Part shown: one piece after another, positions 51,437 through 61,624 of the stretch
Layout of the letters: each line of letters starts with the position of its first letter
How positions within the stretch are numbered: the stretch's first letter is position 1
From: a virus
DNA length: 64,000 nucleotides
Virus record (IMG/VR): IMGVR_UViG_3300006141_000001
Strand: one strand, 5' to 3'
Program-made: the position numbers and the translations under genes
Notes under the pieces: model-generated
The model's input: only the letters and a program-made list of their open reading frames with translations
Told to the model about the DNA's origin: nothing
Databases searched by the model: none

Positions 51437-52219
51437 CTATTTCCTTTCTTCTTCCAGTTCATCAATAAAAATTAGGTTCTGTGCATATGGTAATGTTCTT
51501 GCCCATGAAATAAAATTAGGTTTTGTGTTATCGTCTTGTCCTGACCATTCATTTAACTTATGGAATCTTCTTTGTCCTTTACTACACATTGCATGTAAGT
51601 TTTCATATGACATAGTTACTGTTCTTGTTTGTAACCATGATTCAGGTATCCAACGAATAAGTTCTTTCCAATACTTCTTGTCTTTTGTTTCCATATATCT
51701 TTGCCGCAACTGTTCTAAACAATCAATCATACATAATTCGCCTTCATTCATAAGGGCATTAATTGTAATATCAGAATCATTATAATTATCACTATTAATA
51801 ACTTTTATTTCTGGAGAATAATCATCAATTTCAAAACAATCTAATGTAATAGGTGTAACTGCCAGTTTGTGCATTGTACTTGTGCTATTCGCAACTGTCC
51901 CAATTTTGTATGTATCAAAATCTTTCCACCAGTACAGTGGTGCTGTAATATCTACAGATACAAATATCTGGTGCATAAACTTTCTATGCTCAGAACCCGC
52001 TTTTATAAGTCTCTGCGCAAGTTTCATGTCATATTTACCAATTTTGAATTTATGGTCAAACGAATGTTCACAGTATTGTTCTGAACAATTTTCGCACTGT
52101 ATCCCATCATCTCCACCTTTGCATATGCCGCTATCTGATTTATCATAATTTTTTACATAATTTTTCATTATCCTTAATGCTATATCAAAATTTCTTACAA
52201 TAGTGTTTTCAAATTTCAT
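51437..52219 (-). CDS. ThyX-like conserved phage protein
   Basis: GSEHRKF...ITAPLYWWK.FDTY...STSTMH resembles ThyX fold; lacks canonical RHR. Confidence 0.5.
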   Translation of the reverse strand: MKFENTIVRNFDIALRIMKNYVKNYDKSDSGICKGGDDGIQCENCSEQYCEHSFDHKFKIGKYDMKLAQRLIKAGSEHRKFMHQIFVSVDITAPLYWWKDFDTYKIGTVANSTSTMHKLAVTPITLDCFEIDDYSPEIKVINSDNYNDSDITINALMNEGELCMIDCLEQLRQRYMETKDKKYWKELIRWIPESWLQTRTVTMSYENLHAMCSKGQRRFHKLNEWSGQDDNTKPNFISWARTLPYAQNLIFIDELEEERK

Positions 52220-52237
52220 TATACTCTATCCTCCCTT

Positions 52238-52960
52238 TTAGTTTTTTATTTTTTCAAATAATTCTCTATTAATTTTTGGTTGGAAATTTTCGATTTGATC
52301 AGCGATAATTTCACAACATTCTTTCACTTCTGGGTTGGCATTTCCCTTTTTATTCCTCTCTTTAAATACATGCGCCCATTCCGTTAAATTTACTTTAAAC
52401 ATAAATGTGCTTGACAACCCAAGCATATATAAGCCACGCAATGAATCAGGGTTATTTTTATATTCTTCTAAAACATATCCGTTCTGGCATTTTACATAAT
52501 TTTCTCCGTTATATGTTATTTTACCTGGTGTATCTAGTTCAAGATAAGCCAAAGCAACATCTGTAGGAATTACTCTGTCTTGATAAAAATCGGATAGTTT
52601 TGTATCCATCGTTTTTACTCTGGTTGATAAACGAATAATGCGGTTATCAAATCGTTTCGCATGAGAATCCCAATCGTCTTGCCCTCCACGGTGTAAGCCA
52701 TCAACAGTAATAGAAAAGTCAATAAAGCGGAGTAAAGTAATGTGCTTCCAGCCCCATTTCATTAATTTGCTAAGATAGCCATTAAACCGTTCCACTTCTT
52801 CAAGATCAGCATCTGGTATAAATCTGCCAAACCTATCCAATACTTTATCATGTAAACTTCTAATATCAGTTTCCAATTCTTTGCTCCAATTGCCTGTGCT
52901 TATAAACATAGATACAATAGCATCATCTAGTCCTGTTATGCGATTCAAATAAATATTCAT
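52238..52960 (-). CDS. second ThyX-like protein
   Basis: HITLLRF..FS...SHAKR...STR...NLTEWAH..KER...A.PE ThyX-like architecture. Confidence 0.45.
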   Translation of the reverse strand: MNIYLNRITGLDDAIVSMFISTGNWSKELETDIRSLHDKVLDRFGRFIPDADLEEVERFNGYLSKLMKWGWKHITLLRFIDFSITVDGLHRGGQDDWDSHAKRFDNRIIRLSTRVKTMDTKLSDFYQDRVIPTDVALAYLELDTPGKITYNGENYVKCQNGYVLEEYKNNPDSLRGLYMLGLSSTFMFKVNLTEWAHVFKERNKKGNANPEVKECCEIIADQIENFQPKINRELFEKIKN

Positions 52961-53096
52961 ATTTTGTTCTCCTTTTCATTTTGGCATTTAAAGTTTGATC
53001 TACCAAATTGTTTGCAATAATATTGTATCCTTCATCAATAATTGTTTCGTTTTTAGTGCTTTAGTTTTCTTTATAGTCTCCATAATTTTTTGTCTC

Positions 53097-53462
53097 TTAA
53101 TTAAACATTTTTAATGCTCTCATTGGGACAATATCAATGTCATCATCAATTATTCTTTCATCCGATATTAGCGCATCTACCATTGCTGCATTAAAGTCAT
53201 GAATATCTATAAAAACTTGTTTTATATTGTATTGATTGCAAATCACAGGAATAGTAGAAACAACATCATATATTGAATTACAATTGTGCATACACAGTTT
53301 CTCTTCTAACGGATTCATTACCTTTATCACAGATTTATATTTACTTTTACTATTGAAATCCATATCTATATATATGAAACCATTAATAGTACCTTTCAAT
53401 TTACGTTTTTCAATTCGTTTATTTTTTTCTTCATTATATTTTTCATTAAACTGGTGTTCCAT
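53097..53462 (-). CDS. hypothetical protein
   Basis: ORF in operon. Confidence 0.55.
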   Translation of the reverse strand: MEHQFNEKYNEEKNKRIEKRKLKGTINGFIYIDMDFNSKSKYKSVIKVMNPLEEKLCMHNCNSIYDVVSTIPVICNQYNIKQVFIDIHDFNAAMVDALISDERIIDDDIDIVPMRALKMFN

Positions 53463-53674
53463 ATAAAGTTGTTTTTTTGAAACTCTTCTTTCATAAATGC
53501 CGCACTTTTAAAAGCATGATAGCAATTTGCATTACAGCCATCACATGGATCCTTCCCTTCCCGTACAAGACAATATACTAATTCTCCATCTAAAACACAT
53601 TCTGATGGCACAAGTCCTTTTTTAATGCATCTATCCAATAACTCTTTTTCATATTGTTCTTCCATATGATCCAC
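53396..53674 (-). CDS. hypothetical Cys-rich protein
   Basis: GGGAGTGG RBS; overlaps next ORF by about 67 nt. Confidence 0.5.
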   Translation of the reverse strand: MDHMEEQYEKELLDRCIKKGLVPSECVLDGELVYCLVREGKDPCDGCNANCYHAFKSAAFMKEEFQKNNFIWNTSLMKNIMKKKINELKNVN

Positions 53675-53778
53675 TCCCAGTTTTAATTCGACTTTAACTG
53701 TTTTCTCTTACTTCCAATCAACATCTACGTCCATTTTTGTATTAGAATCACTTCATTTATAAACCAAAAATTTTATTG

Positions 53779-53988
53779 TCATATATTGTTAGTGACCTTA
53801 GTATCTTCAATCGTTTTAACACAGTAATAAAACCTAATTTTCTTTCCAGATGGTGAAATTGTTTTAGGCTGGCAATTTATATAATATTTCTTCCCTCTAA
53901 CTTCTACTATGTCACCAATTTTCAATGTTTTATTTTTCACAATTGCAATTGGAATAATATGATTCCATACGCCATATAATAATTGCAT
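53779..53988 (-). CDS. hypothetical protein
   Basis: AAGGA RBS, 69 aa. Confidence 0.55.
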   Translation of the reverse strand: MQLLYGVWNHIIPIAIVKNKTLKIGDIVEVRGKKYYINCQPKTISPSGKKIRFYYCVKTIEDTKVTNNI

Positions 53989-54029
53989 AGTATTTACGTT
54001 TCCTTTCTATCTGAATAAAATAAATCTTT

Positions 54030-54743
54030 TTATCTATAAAATGTGTGACCTATACTGTCAGTAAAAACTGCCTTTAAATTATTTTTATTCCAAGATCCTC
54101 CGTTTGTACGATCAAATGCTACGCAGTCATATGCCGTAGATCCAAACATGTATGTATATTCAACCGCTAAAATTTCTTCTTCTGTCACATCTACAGTATA
54201 TATCCTCCCATCATATGTTGGTGTGAATTGAGGGCTTCCATTTGTTTCAAAAATTATGCTTAATATGTCATTTGGGTATTTCTGTGATTCAAGCCTGTTC
54301 CATACGACACTCGCCACATTGCACTTTGATTCAAAATCCCCTCCGCCAGCTTCCGCAGTTACAAGCCTATAGAACATATTGAGCTGGTCACTACCATAAT
54401 GCTGGTATACAGAATCAGGGATTCCTATGTATTCTGAATATTCAAGATATTGTTCCCTTATCTCTTTATAAGAAATAAACCAATTTTTCCTATTTGTGTA
54501 TTCTATATTATTTACTTTTAATATAAATTCCTGTCTCTTTTTCTCTGGTTCACTAAGAATATTTTCTATTTTTGCAAGATTGGTGTTACAATGCTTCGGT
54601 AGCCTATATTTACTCATTTCTATTGAAATTTTTATATCCCCAGGCAACTCGCACGGAGATAAAGAGTACTTTGGAATTGCCCCATTCAACATAATTGATG
54701 ATAATGCGGCTAATAAACCTATATTTATAATTTTGTTCTTCAT
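54030..54743 (-). CDS. SleB/Hydrolase_2 family cell wall hydrolase
   Basis: RLVTAEAGG...VASVVWNR...YPN.I...QF...IGHTFY; N-terminal signal. Confidence 0.85.
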   Translation of the reverse strand: MKNKIINIGLLAALSSIMLNGAIPKYSLSPCELPGDIKISIEMSKYRLPKHCNTNLAKIENILSEPEKKRQEFILKVNNIEYTNRKNWFISYKEIREQYLEYSEYIGIPDSVYQHYGSDQLNMFYRLVTAEAGGGDFESKCNVASVVWNRLESQKYPNDILSIIFETNGSPQFTPTYDGRIYTVDVTEEEILAVEYTYMFGSTAYDCVAFDRTNGGSWNKNNLKAVFTDSIGHTFYR

Positions 54744-54787
54744 ATATCAATTCTTTCGAATTTATAATCACCTCTTTATTTAGCTGG

Positions 54788-56755
54788 TTATGTTGGAATC
54801 ATTTCCAAAAACTGTTCTTCTGAAATAATTGGTATATTCAGTTCATTTGCTTTTTTATTCTTGCCAGAGGTACTTTGGGTGTCATTATTTATTAAGAATG
54901 AAGTTTTATTGCTGACGCTTCCTGATACCTTTCCACCAAAGTTTTCTATTACAGAAACCAGTTCCTCCCTATTTGTATAATGCTTTAGCTTGCCTGTAAT
55001 CACAAATGTCTTTCCATTGAAAATATCATTTCCTATTTCATTATTTTGGATTTTGAAAACAAATTCTTCTGCAAGTTCGTTAAGCGTTCCTGAGAATTCC
55101 TGGAGATAGATTGATACAGATTCGCCCATAGCTTCTCCGAAATCTTCTAGCTGTTTCCAATCAAAATCTACGGAACTAACAAATGATTTAAAATCATCTC
55201 TAAAGTATTTTGAGATTGTTTTGCTTGCTGTCCTGCCAATAAGTGGAATAGACAATGAGTATATGAACCTGTCTAAAGTCGTGTTTCTTGCCATTTCTAT
55301 TGCGCCTAAAATCTTCTTAACAGATTTTTCTCCAAATCCATCCAATTTCTCCATTTGTTCTTTATGTTCAGACAGTCGCATAATGTCAGCAAATGACTTA
55401 ACCCATCCAAGGTTTATGAATTTCTGTAGTGTCTGTTCAGACAGCCCATCTATATTGATTGCGTTTCTGCTTACAAAGTGAGACATTTTTCCAAGCAGTT
55501 TGCCAGTACATAACCCATTGGAACATACAAGGTTTTCTGTATTGTTTGTTTTTACAATTTTGGTTTCACTTTTGCAAATAGGGCAGTGTTTAGGAACAGA
55601 AATAATATTATCATCTGTTGTTTCAATATCATCAAATTCTACTGAATTAATTTGTGGGATTATTGAATTCGCTTTATAAACATTAACAGTTTGTCCTTTG
55701 TGTGTAATCCCAAGTTCTTTCATTATTGATAGGTTATGTAATGAAGCCCTTCCCACCATAGTGCCGTCAATTTCTATTGGCTCAAATATAGCAGTCGGTG
55801 TCAAAATGCCTGTTTTCCCCATGGTAAATTCTACATCCAGTAATTTTGTAGGATAGATGTCATCATAAAATTTGAACGCAATCTGTGAATTTACATGATG
55901 GGATGTTATGCCTAAAGATTCCCCATATTTTATATCATCATAGGAAAATACAATTCCATCTATCGGAAATCCTAATGATTGTGCTTTAAATTGGAGGGAA
56001 TCAATGGATTTTTTTATATCATCTTCTGATGCATTTTCATGTATTGTGATATGCGGGACAGTTTCAAACCCAATACTTTGAAGAAATTCTAATCTTTTCC
56101 CAAAACTGTTCGTGTCTGTACCCTCAACGCATTTCCAGGCAATGAATCTCAGACCTCTATCTTTAGTAATATTGCTATCTAATTGCCTTATTGATCCGCT
56201 TGCCAGGTTCCTTGGATTCTTGTATTTATTATCTTCTGATAAACTAAGATTTATTTTTTCGAATGTTTCATAGTCAATAATCATCTCTCCATCAACGATT
56301 ACTTCTTCATTAGCGATTTTTATTGGAATATTTTCTACTGTTTTTGCATTATGTAACACATCTTCCCCAATTTCCCCGTTCCCTCTCGTTTCGGCAGAGA
56401 CAAGGCTTTGCTTATACATTAGTGAGCAGGTAAGCCCATCCATCTTCAGCATAGCTATTCCTTTTCTTCCATCTAAAAATTTAACTATATCAGATGTAGA
56501 TTTAGTTTTATCAAGTGACAACATAGGATGATTATGTCTTACTTTTTTTAATTCTGATTTTACTTCATATCCAACTGATTGCGTTGGAGAGTTTGACATC
56601 ACAATATTTGTTTCTTCTTCAAGTTTCTTCAACTCGTCAAATAACTTATCATATTCATAATCAGGGATTTCTGATGTTGAATTATTATAATACGAATCAT
56701 TGTATTGATTAAGAAGTTTAACCAGTTTGTTTATTCGGTCTATCTTACTATGCAA
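54788..56755 (-). CDS. ligA: NAD-dependent DNA ligase
   Basis: YY...DYEYD, MLSLDK, KMDG, TRGNGEIGE, Zn finger, HhH, C-terminal BRCT. Confidence 0.96.
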   Translation of the reverse strand: MHSKIDRINKLVKLLNQYNDSYYNNSTSEIPDYEYDKLFDELKKLEEETNIVMSNSPTQSVGYEVKSELKKVRHNHPMLSLDKTKSTSDIVKFLDGRKGIAMLKMDGLTCSLMYKQSLVSAETRGNGEIGEDVLHNAKTVENIPIKIANEEVIVDGEMIIDYETFEKINLSLSEDNKYKNPRNLASGSIRQLDSNITKDRGLRFIAWKCVEGTDTNSFGKRLEFLQSIGFETVPHITIHENASEDDIKKSIDSLQFKAQSLGFPIDGIVFSYDDIKYGESLGITSHHVNSQIAFKFYDDIYPTKLLDVEFTMGKTGILTPTAIFEPIEIDGTMVGRASLHNLSIMKELGITHKGQTVNVYKANSIIPQINSVEFDDIETTDDNIISVPKHCPICKSETKIVKTNNTENLVCSNGLCTGKLLGKMSHFVSRNAINIDGLSEQTLQKFINLGWVKSFADIMRLSEHKEQMEKLDGFGEKSVKKILGAIEMARNTTLDRFIYSLSIPLIGRTASKTISKYFRDDFKSFVSSVDFDWKQLEDFGEAMGESVSIYLQEFSGTLNELAEEFVFKIQNNEIGNDIFNGKTFVITGKLKHYTNREELVSVIENFGGKVSGSVSNKTSFLINNDTQSTSGKNKKANELNIPIISEEQFLEMIPT

Positions 56756-56895
56756 TATCTTACCTCCTGTTTTTTTATTTTCTTTTTAATTACCTTCGTA
56801 ATCTCTTCTATAATACAAATGCCAATAATAACTTTAATATAAATAATAAGTATATAAATAATACTTTCTAAATATTTAAACATATTCCACCCCGT

Positions 56896-57228
56896 TTAAT
56901 CTATCATCGAAACAAGTATATTTCCCAGACCGTCACCTCCTTCAATATCAAAAATGACTTTTTCTTTCCTCATTTTATTTACAACTTTTGATACTTTAGA
57001 TTTTGGTATTTCAAGGCGTTCAGATACGGACTGAATAAGTTTTTCTTTTATCATTTCTTTCCCTTTTAATACTTCTTTTATTTCATCTCTAATATTGCCA
57101 TCATTAATCAAATCCTGTGTATCTACTAATACTAAACTGTAAATTTTATATTTGTTCATGTCTATATCAGGGATGTCGGATACATTTTCTACAATGATTT
57201 TTTCATCCTCATTAAGCAATAAATACAT
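56896..57228 (-). CDS. hypothetical protein (possible wHTH)
   Basis: 110-aa ORF with RBS. Confidence 0.55.
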   Translation of the reverse strand: MYLLLNEDEKIIVENVSDIPDIDMNKYKIYSLVLVDTQDLINDGNIRDEIKEVLKGKEMIKEKLIQSVSERLEIPKSKVSKVVNKMRKEKVIFDIEGGDGLGNILVSMID

Positions 57229-57244
57229 AAAACTGATCCCCTCC

Positions 57245-57544
57245 TTACGTATATAACTGGAATTTTTTCCCTATTTGGTCTATGACTTCTGATTCCATTG
57301 GACGGAACCCAATAACTGTTAGAGTCCGTCCATTTTCTTCTGGCTCTAGTTCTGTAAGGCAATTGTCTTTTATTAGCCAGAAATCTTTATTCTCCTTCAA
57401 CCCCAATTTTTCTGCCATTGTTTTTGCTTTTAGTAACTGATATTTATTCTTTGCCTGGAGGACACATTTTGTAAATACTTGGGCTGATAATTTTCCAGGT
57501 GACATATTCAAATCTTTACGGGCAATAATACATTGTTTATACAT
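57245..57544 (-). CDS. peptidyl-tRNA hydrolase Pth2-like protein, apparently internally deleted
   Basis: KQCIIARKDLNMSPGKLSAQ...I.D...TE...TLTVIGFRP. Confidence 0.7.
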   Translation of the reverse strand: MYKQCIIARKDLNMSPGKLSAQVFTKCVLQAKNKYQLLKAKTMAEKLGLKENKDFWLIKDNCLTELEPEENGRTLTVIGFRPMESEVIDQIGKKFQLYT

Positions 57545-57560
57545 CTGCTCATCTTCTTTC

Positions 57561-57905
57561 TTATTCAATATATTTATATTTCCATTTGCAAATATCAACT
57601 TGGCTTCTACATCTGTCACAGTCCCCGTTGTCCCACACAATAAAATTATACCAAGCATGTCCCATCCATTGATGATTATCCCATTCTCTCCCATCTTTAT
57701 CCTTCACAATAATCCATTTACCCTCTAACGGTTTAATAGATGCGTCAAACCATTGGTCATCATTATCTACTTCGAAACCCACAAAAATTCCGTTTTCATA
57801 TCTAATTTTGTATTCTTTATCTCCTATGAGTACAATTGCATCTTTCGCCCTAGTTACCCTTAATGGCTGCCTGCCTATCCGTTTATATATTTCTAAAAGT
57901 TTCAT
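57561..57905 (-). CDS. hypothetical protein
   Basis: 114-aa ORF coupled to dUTPase stop. Confidence 0.6.
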   Translation of the reverse strand: MKLLEIYKRIGRQPLRVTRAKDAIVLIGDKEYKIRYENGIFVGFEVDNDDQWFDASIKPLEGKWIIVKDKDGREWDNHQWMGHAWYNFIVWDNGDCDRCRSQVDICKWKYKYIE

Positions 57906-58372
57906 TATTTTATACCTGTCCTTCCGAATCCACCACGATCCTCATTTCCAAGAGATTCTACTTCAACAAAATTTATATGGGGTTGTTTTTTCATGATACG
58001 GAACTGGGCAATTCTATCTCCACGCATAATCCATGTTTTACCCTCACTTATTGGATTTACACATACTACTGGCATCATCCATTGGTCATTATCCCCACAG
58101 TATGAATTATCAACAATTCCAATAGAATTTGTCTGCATAATGCCAAAATTCTTAAATGTGGAGCTTCTTGGTGCAATATGTGCTTCATACCCTTCTGGCA
58201 ATTCCATAGCAATTCCAAGTTTAATCTGCTTATACTCTCCTTGTTTAATTTCAACATTTTCATCAGCGCAAAGGTCAATCCAGTCACCAATAGCAATTTT
58301 TTTTAGCCTTTTACAATCATCTTTAAAATATTTGACTTTTACTTGTAATACCTTGTTATTTTCTGTCTCCAT
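57905..58372 (-). CDS. dut: trimeric dUTPase
   Basis: [29 protein letters not shown] motifs. Confidence 0.93.
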   Translation of the reverse strand: METENNKVLQVKVKYFKDDCKRLKKIAIGDWIDLCADENVEIKQGEYKQIKLGIAMELPEGYEAHIAPRSSTFKNFGIMQTNSIGIVDNSYCGDNDQWMMPVVCVNPISEGKTWIMRGDRIAQFRIMKKQPHINFVEVESLGNEDRGGFGRTGIK

Positions 58373-58383
58373 ATTTTCTCCTT

Positions 58384-58749
58384 TTATTTATAAACTAAAA
58401 TTTCAATGTCTGTGTCTATAAAAACATCTTCAATGGCATTGATTACATCACTCCAAGATTTTCCGTCTGGAAATAAAGAGATTTTTGGGAAAGCAATTTT
58501 ATTGATCTTATGCTCTTCGCAAGCATCTCTTAAATTATGCAAGCATTCTTTAAATACTGGAGTTATTAACAATTCTTCATCAAAAGACTTTTTTGTACCA
58601 ATTAAATATAATAACTTGTCGTCTAAAATACAGTCTCCTATGTTTTTACCATTTTCAAAGATTATGTTGATGTCTGCTACTATGAATTTCACTTTATAAT
58701 AATCAGCAGGAATATCTTTATTTAAAAAGGTTCTTTCTTTGTATGTCAA
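58384..58749 (-). CDS. degenerate macrodomain paralogue
   Basis: Aligns by eye with 61625-62071 (KIAFPKI...W..V...[13 protein letters not shown]); TTG start with GGAGG. Confidence 0.6.
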   Translation of the reverse strand: MTYKERTFLNKDIPADYYKVKFIVADINIIFENGKNIGDCILDDKLLYLIGTKKSFDEELLITPVFKECLHNLRDACEEHKINKIAFPKISLFPDGKSWSDVINAIEDVFIDTDIEILVYK

Positions 58750-58750
58750 T

Positions 58751-59059
58751 TTATCCCTCCTTGAGACATTGATATGATTGTGATTCCCATCTTGCTCCAC
58801 AGGTTAGGCAGTTATAGCAATCGCTTCTTATAATTCTTCTTGGGAAGAAGCCCTCGTGCCATTCCAATAGCATCCCTTTCGATATGCCTTTAATCTCATT
58901 ACCTTCTGTATAAATATATTTCGTTTCTCCACACTCAGGGCAAATATTGCAGCCTAAATTTGCATTTCTTCTCATAAATTTTGATATTTTCATATTGCTT
59001 ATCACAGTCTTGTCTAGGTGTCCATTTGAACTATTATACTTTGTTTTACGTTTTCTCAT
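58751..59059 (-). CDS. zinc-ribbon protein
   Basis: CPEC...CLTC. Confidence 0.6.
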   Translation of the reverse strand: MRKRKTKYNSSNGHLDKTVISNMKISKFMRRNANLGCNICPECGETKYIYTEGNEIKGISKGMLLEWHEGFFPRRIIRSDCYNCLTCGARWESQSYQCLKEG

Positions 59060-59073
59060 TTTAATCCACGTCC

Positions 59074-59349
59074 TTATTTCCTAGCTGCAAAACAATTATT
59101 ATATTGATAAAGTAAGCCAGTCCGCATAAACTCTTTTATAATATCTCTAATATCTTCTTCAGAGAGAAATAGATTATATTGCTCTAGTTCATGAAGTAAC
59201 TGGCTTTCTGTAAATATGTATTTTCTTTTCGAAAATATATGGTTATAAATAACAAATTGTATATTGTCTTTTACAGCGTTAGTATTTATTTTGGAATATA
59301 CCATAAAGTTTCCTTCCACACGTTTGGCAACGATATAATACAAATTCAC
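59074..59349 (-). CDS. hypothetical protein
   Basis: GGAGG RBS, GTG start. Confidence 0.55.
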   Translation of the reverse strand: MNLYYIVAKRVEGNFMVYSKINTNAVKDNIQFVIYNHIFSKRKYIFTESQLLHELEQYNLFLSEEDIRDIIKEFMRTGLLYQYNNCFAARK

Positions 59350-59482
59350 TTAATTCCTCCCATTTACATCACAACGAATTACCACATTTCCCATTCCTAA
59401 ACCTTGCTCTAGTCTACCATCAACTGTGTCGTATGACTTATAATTACACATACTACACATTGTGAAAAATTCTCCTATATTT

Positions 59483-60139
59483 CTACATCATATTTTTAAA
59501 CATATATAAAACTCTATCTACTGCTTCGAAAAACGGATTGTTATTACTCCAATCTTTTAAATTATCAATAGCTTCGGCTACTTCATCTCTTGTGTATTTT
59601 CTTTTAGATGTAATAAGCTCTGTTTCATCACATTTGGTGCGTTCATATAGACTCATGCCTTTATTCCCTTTATTCTTAATGATTTCATAAATATAGCTGT
59701 CATGATAATTTCCTTTGCTATCCTTACAAACATCATGTAATACCACAACATTCCCATTATATTTATTAAGGAACTTATCGTAATGCTTTTTAACTGGATT
59801 TCCACTTACCATTCTCCATTCTATCCTATGATGAATTTCAACAAGTTCTTCTAATTTTTCATACAGGTCTTTTCCAATGATAGGATTTCCTTTATCAAAT
59901 GAATATAGCCCAAAGTTATATACTGAATCAGCATTAGTATCTATCTGATATCCCAAATACCCTATAAGTTTTTTATGGGTATTTACAACAGCATATTGAT
60001 ATAGACAATCCTCTGCGCTAATTTTTGGTAATCCATTAGCAGAACCATATCCTTGATAATAGAAATAGTTATCAGTATAAAGTTCTTTTGCAAATGCCTT
60101 CTCTATTTCTTCTTTATATAAAATTGCTGGTACTAACAT
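59483..60139 (-). CDS. hypothetical protein, possibly GNAT-fold N-terminal part
   Basis: KLIGY...W..V.GNP...Y...G.YHD..IYE resembles acetyltransferase fold; weak. Confidence 0.5.
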   Translation of the reverse strand: MLVPAILYKEEIEKAFAKELYTDNYFYYQGYGSANGLPKISAEDCLYQYAVVNTHKKLIGYLGYQIDTNADSVYNFGLYSFDKGNPIIGKDLYEKLEELVEIHHRIEWRMVSGNPVKKHYDKFLNKYNGNVVVLHDVCKDSKGNYHDSYIYEIIKNKGNKGMSLYERTKCDETELITSKRKYTRDEVAEAIDNLKDWSNNNPFFEAVDRVLYMFKNMM

Positions 60140-60388
60140 CTTGCCTCCTTTCATTGCATTGAATCATAATATTTTCTAAATGAAACAGGTATTTCATCTT
60201 CTCGCATTCTTCTCATCCTCTATCATTTTTCTTAATCCTTCTAATGGAATTAGTTTTTGATATGGGTAAATAATATGATAATCCTCACGGTTCCCACAGC
60301 TATTGCACTTATGAAGCTATAATAGCGGATTTCCACAATTAGGACATTCACATGCTTTTACAATATTTACTTTTTCGTCTATCATGAT

Positions 60389-61618
60389 TTACCTCAGTTC
60401 CACCAAGTACCGAATTGTACATTGTTCTTCTTTGTATACTATAATTTCGTCATTTCTTAACATATTACCTGCATGTGCATGTAAGCAATTTGCCCCAGGA
60501 CATGCACTTTGCAATCTTTCATAGTCAAAATTATAATATTTACTATTGAATGAATAGACATCGTATGGCTTGCCATAAGCAACTTCCATTAAAGCCATAA
60601 AAGCTGAATTTGAATTTCCACCTGTCCAATATGCGCCTTCCAAAGAAGTATATCCTAGAGACTTTTGTGCTTTTGGTGCGTAATAAATGCCATATCCGAA
60701 CATTTTACCTGTTATGACAGCATTGGTTGGTTTTAAAACCAAACCTGTATTAATAATTGACCACCAGTTTTCATTCCTGCTTCCATGCCATAATAATTTT
60801 GTATTTTTGATACCTTCATTTACCACAAAATTTTCAAAACGTTCGCTTGTCCTCTTATTCTTGACTCTCCATGCTGAGTAAAACCTGTTAGAACAACTGC
60901 TCAACGAAGCTTTGATTTTAACAATATCGTCATTGTTACATTCAGAAAATTCCAGCCCCATTACATCCAATATTGTTGTAGGAATATGATCTTCTTTATC
61001 TGAATCAATAGAGTCCTCCGTTTGTTTCTGGACAACCTGGCCTTTCATTACATCCAACAAATCCTGTTCGTCCGCAATTATTCGTGAGAAATCTTTATTA
61101 GATTTAGCGAGATAGTCTGATACATTCTTCATTTTACGTGGTATGACGGAAAATATATTTAACAATATTTCATTGAATTTTTCCGTGTTGCTCACGTCAA
61201 CCAATTCTGCCAATAGATTCTGTGCCTCTTCTACCATTGCCTGAGTCACTTTATTTGAAGAAATTGTATAATTGTCAGAAATTGCTTTACGTGCCATTTG
61301 TTGTAGCCGTTCTACAATATCTGCAATGGACTTATTTTCAATCTTTTTATATTTTGAGTTTTCAGTATTTCCTTTTTCAACTTGGATCAAATCTTGGGCT
61401 AATCCACTCTGATCTATATACCCTTTTTTAATTTTCTCATTATATTTCTTTTCCCATTGGCTTATGGGATACTCCCTCCTTTGGCATGAACTGCCGATCC
61501 TTCCGTATTCGGCAGTCCATTTATCTCCATGAGGTGTCATATTGTAATACTTATTATTGTTTGCTGTTGCCGTTACCATAATAAGATGTTTTGGTGTAAT
61601 TTCTACGCTAATATTCAA
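60389..61618 (-). CDS. WGR-domain poly(ADP-ribose) polymerase (PARP)-like protein
   Basis: NNKYY...YGRIG...K.KKGY WGR domain; helical domain; LLWHGSR...GKMFGYGIYYA...KSLGY...DEIIVY with H-Y-E triad. Confidence 0.9.
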   Translation of the reverse strand: MNISVEITPKHLIMVTATANNNKYYNMTPHGDKWTAEYGRIGSSCQRREYPISQWEKKYNEKIKKGYIDQSGLAQDLIQVEKGNTENSKYKKIENKSIADIVERLQQMARKAISDNYTISSNKVTQAMVEEAQNLLAELVDVSNTEKFNEILLNIFSVIPRKMKNVSDYLAKSNKDFSRIIADEQDLLDVMKGQVVQKQTEDSIDSDKEDHIPTTILDVMGLEFSECNNDDIVKIKASLSSCSNRFYSAWRVKNKRTSERFENFVVNEGIKNTKLLWHGSRNENWWSIINTGLVLKPTNAVITGKMFGYGIYYAPKAQKSLGYTSLEGAYWTGGNSNSAFMALMEVAYGKPYDVYSFNSKYYNFDYERLQSACPGANCLHAHAGNMLRNDEIIVYKEEQCTIRYLVELR

Positions 61619-61624
61619 TCCCCC

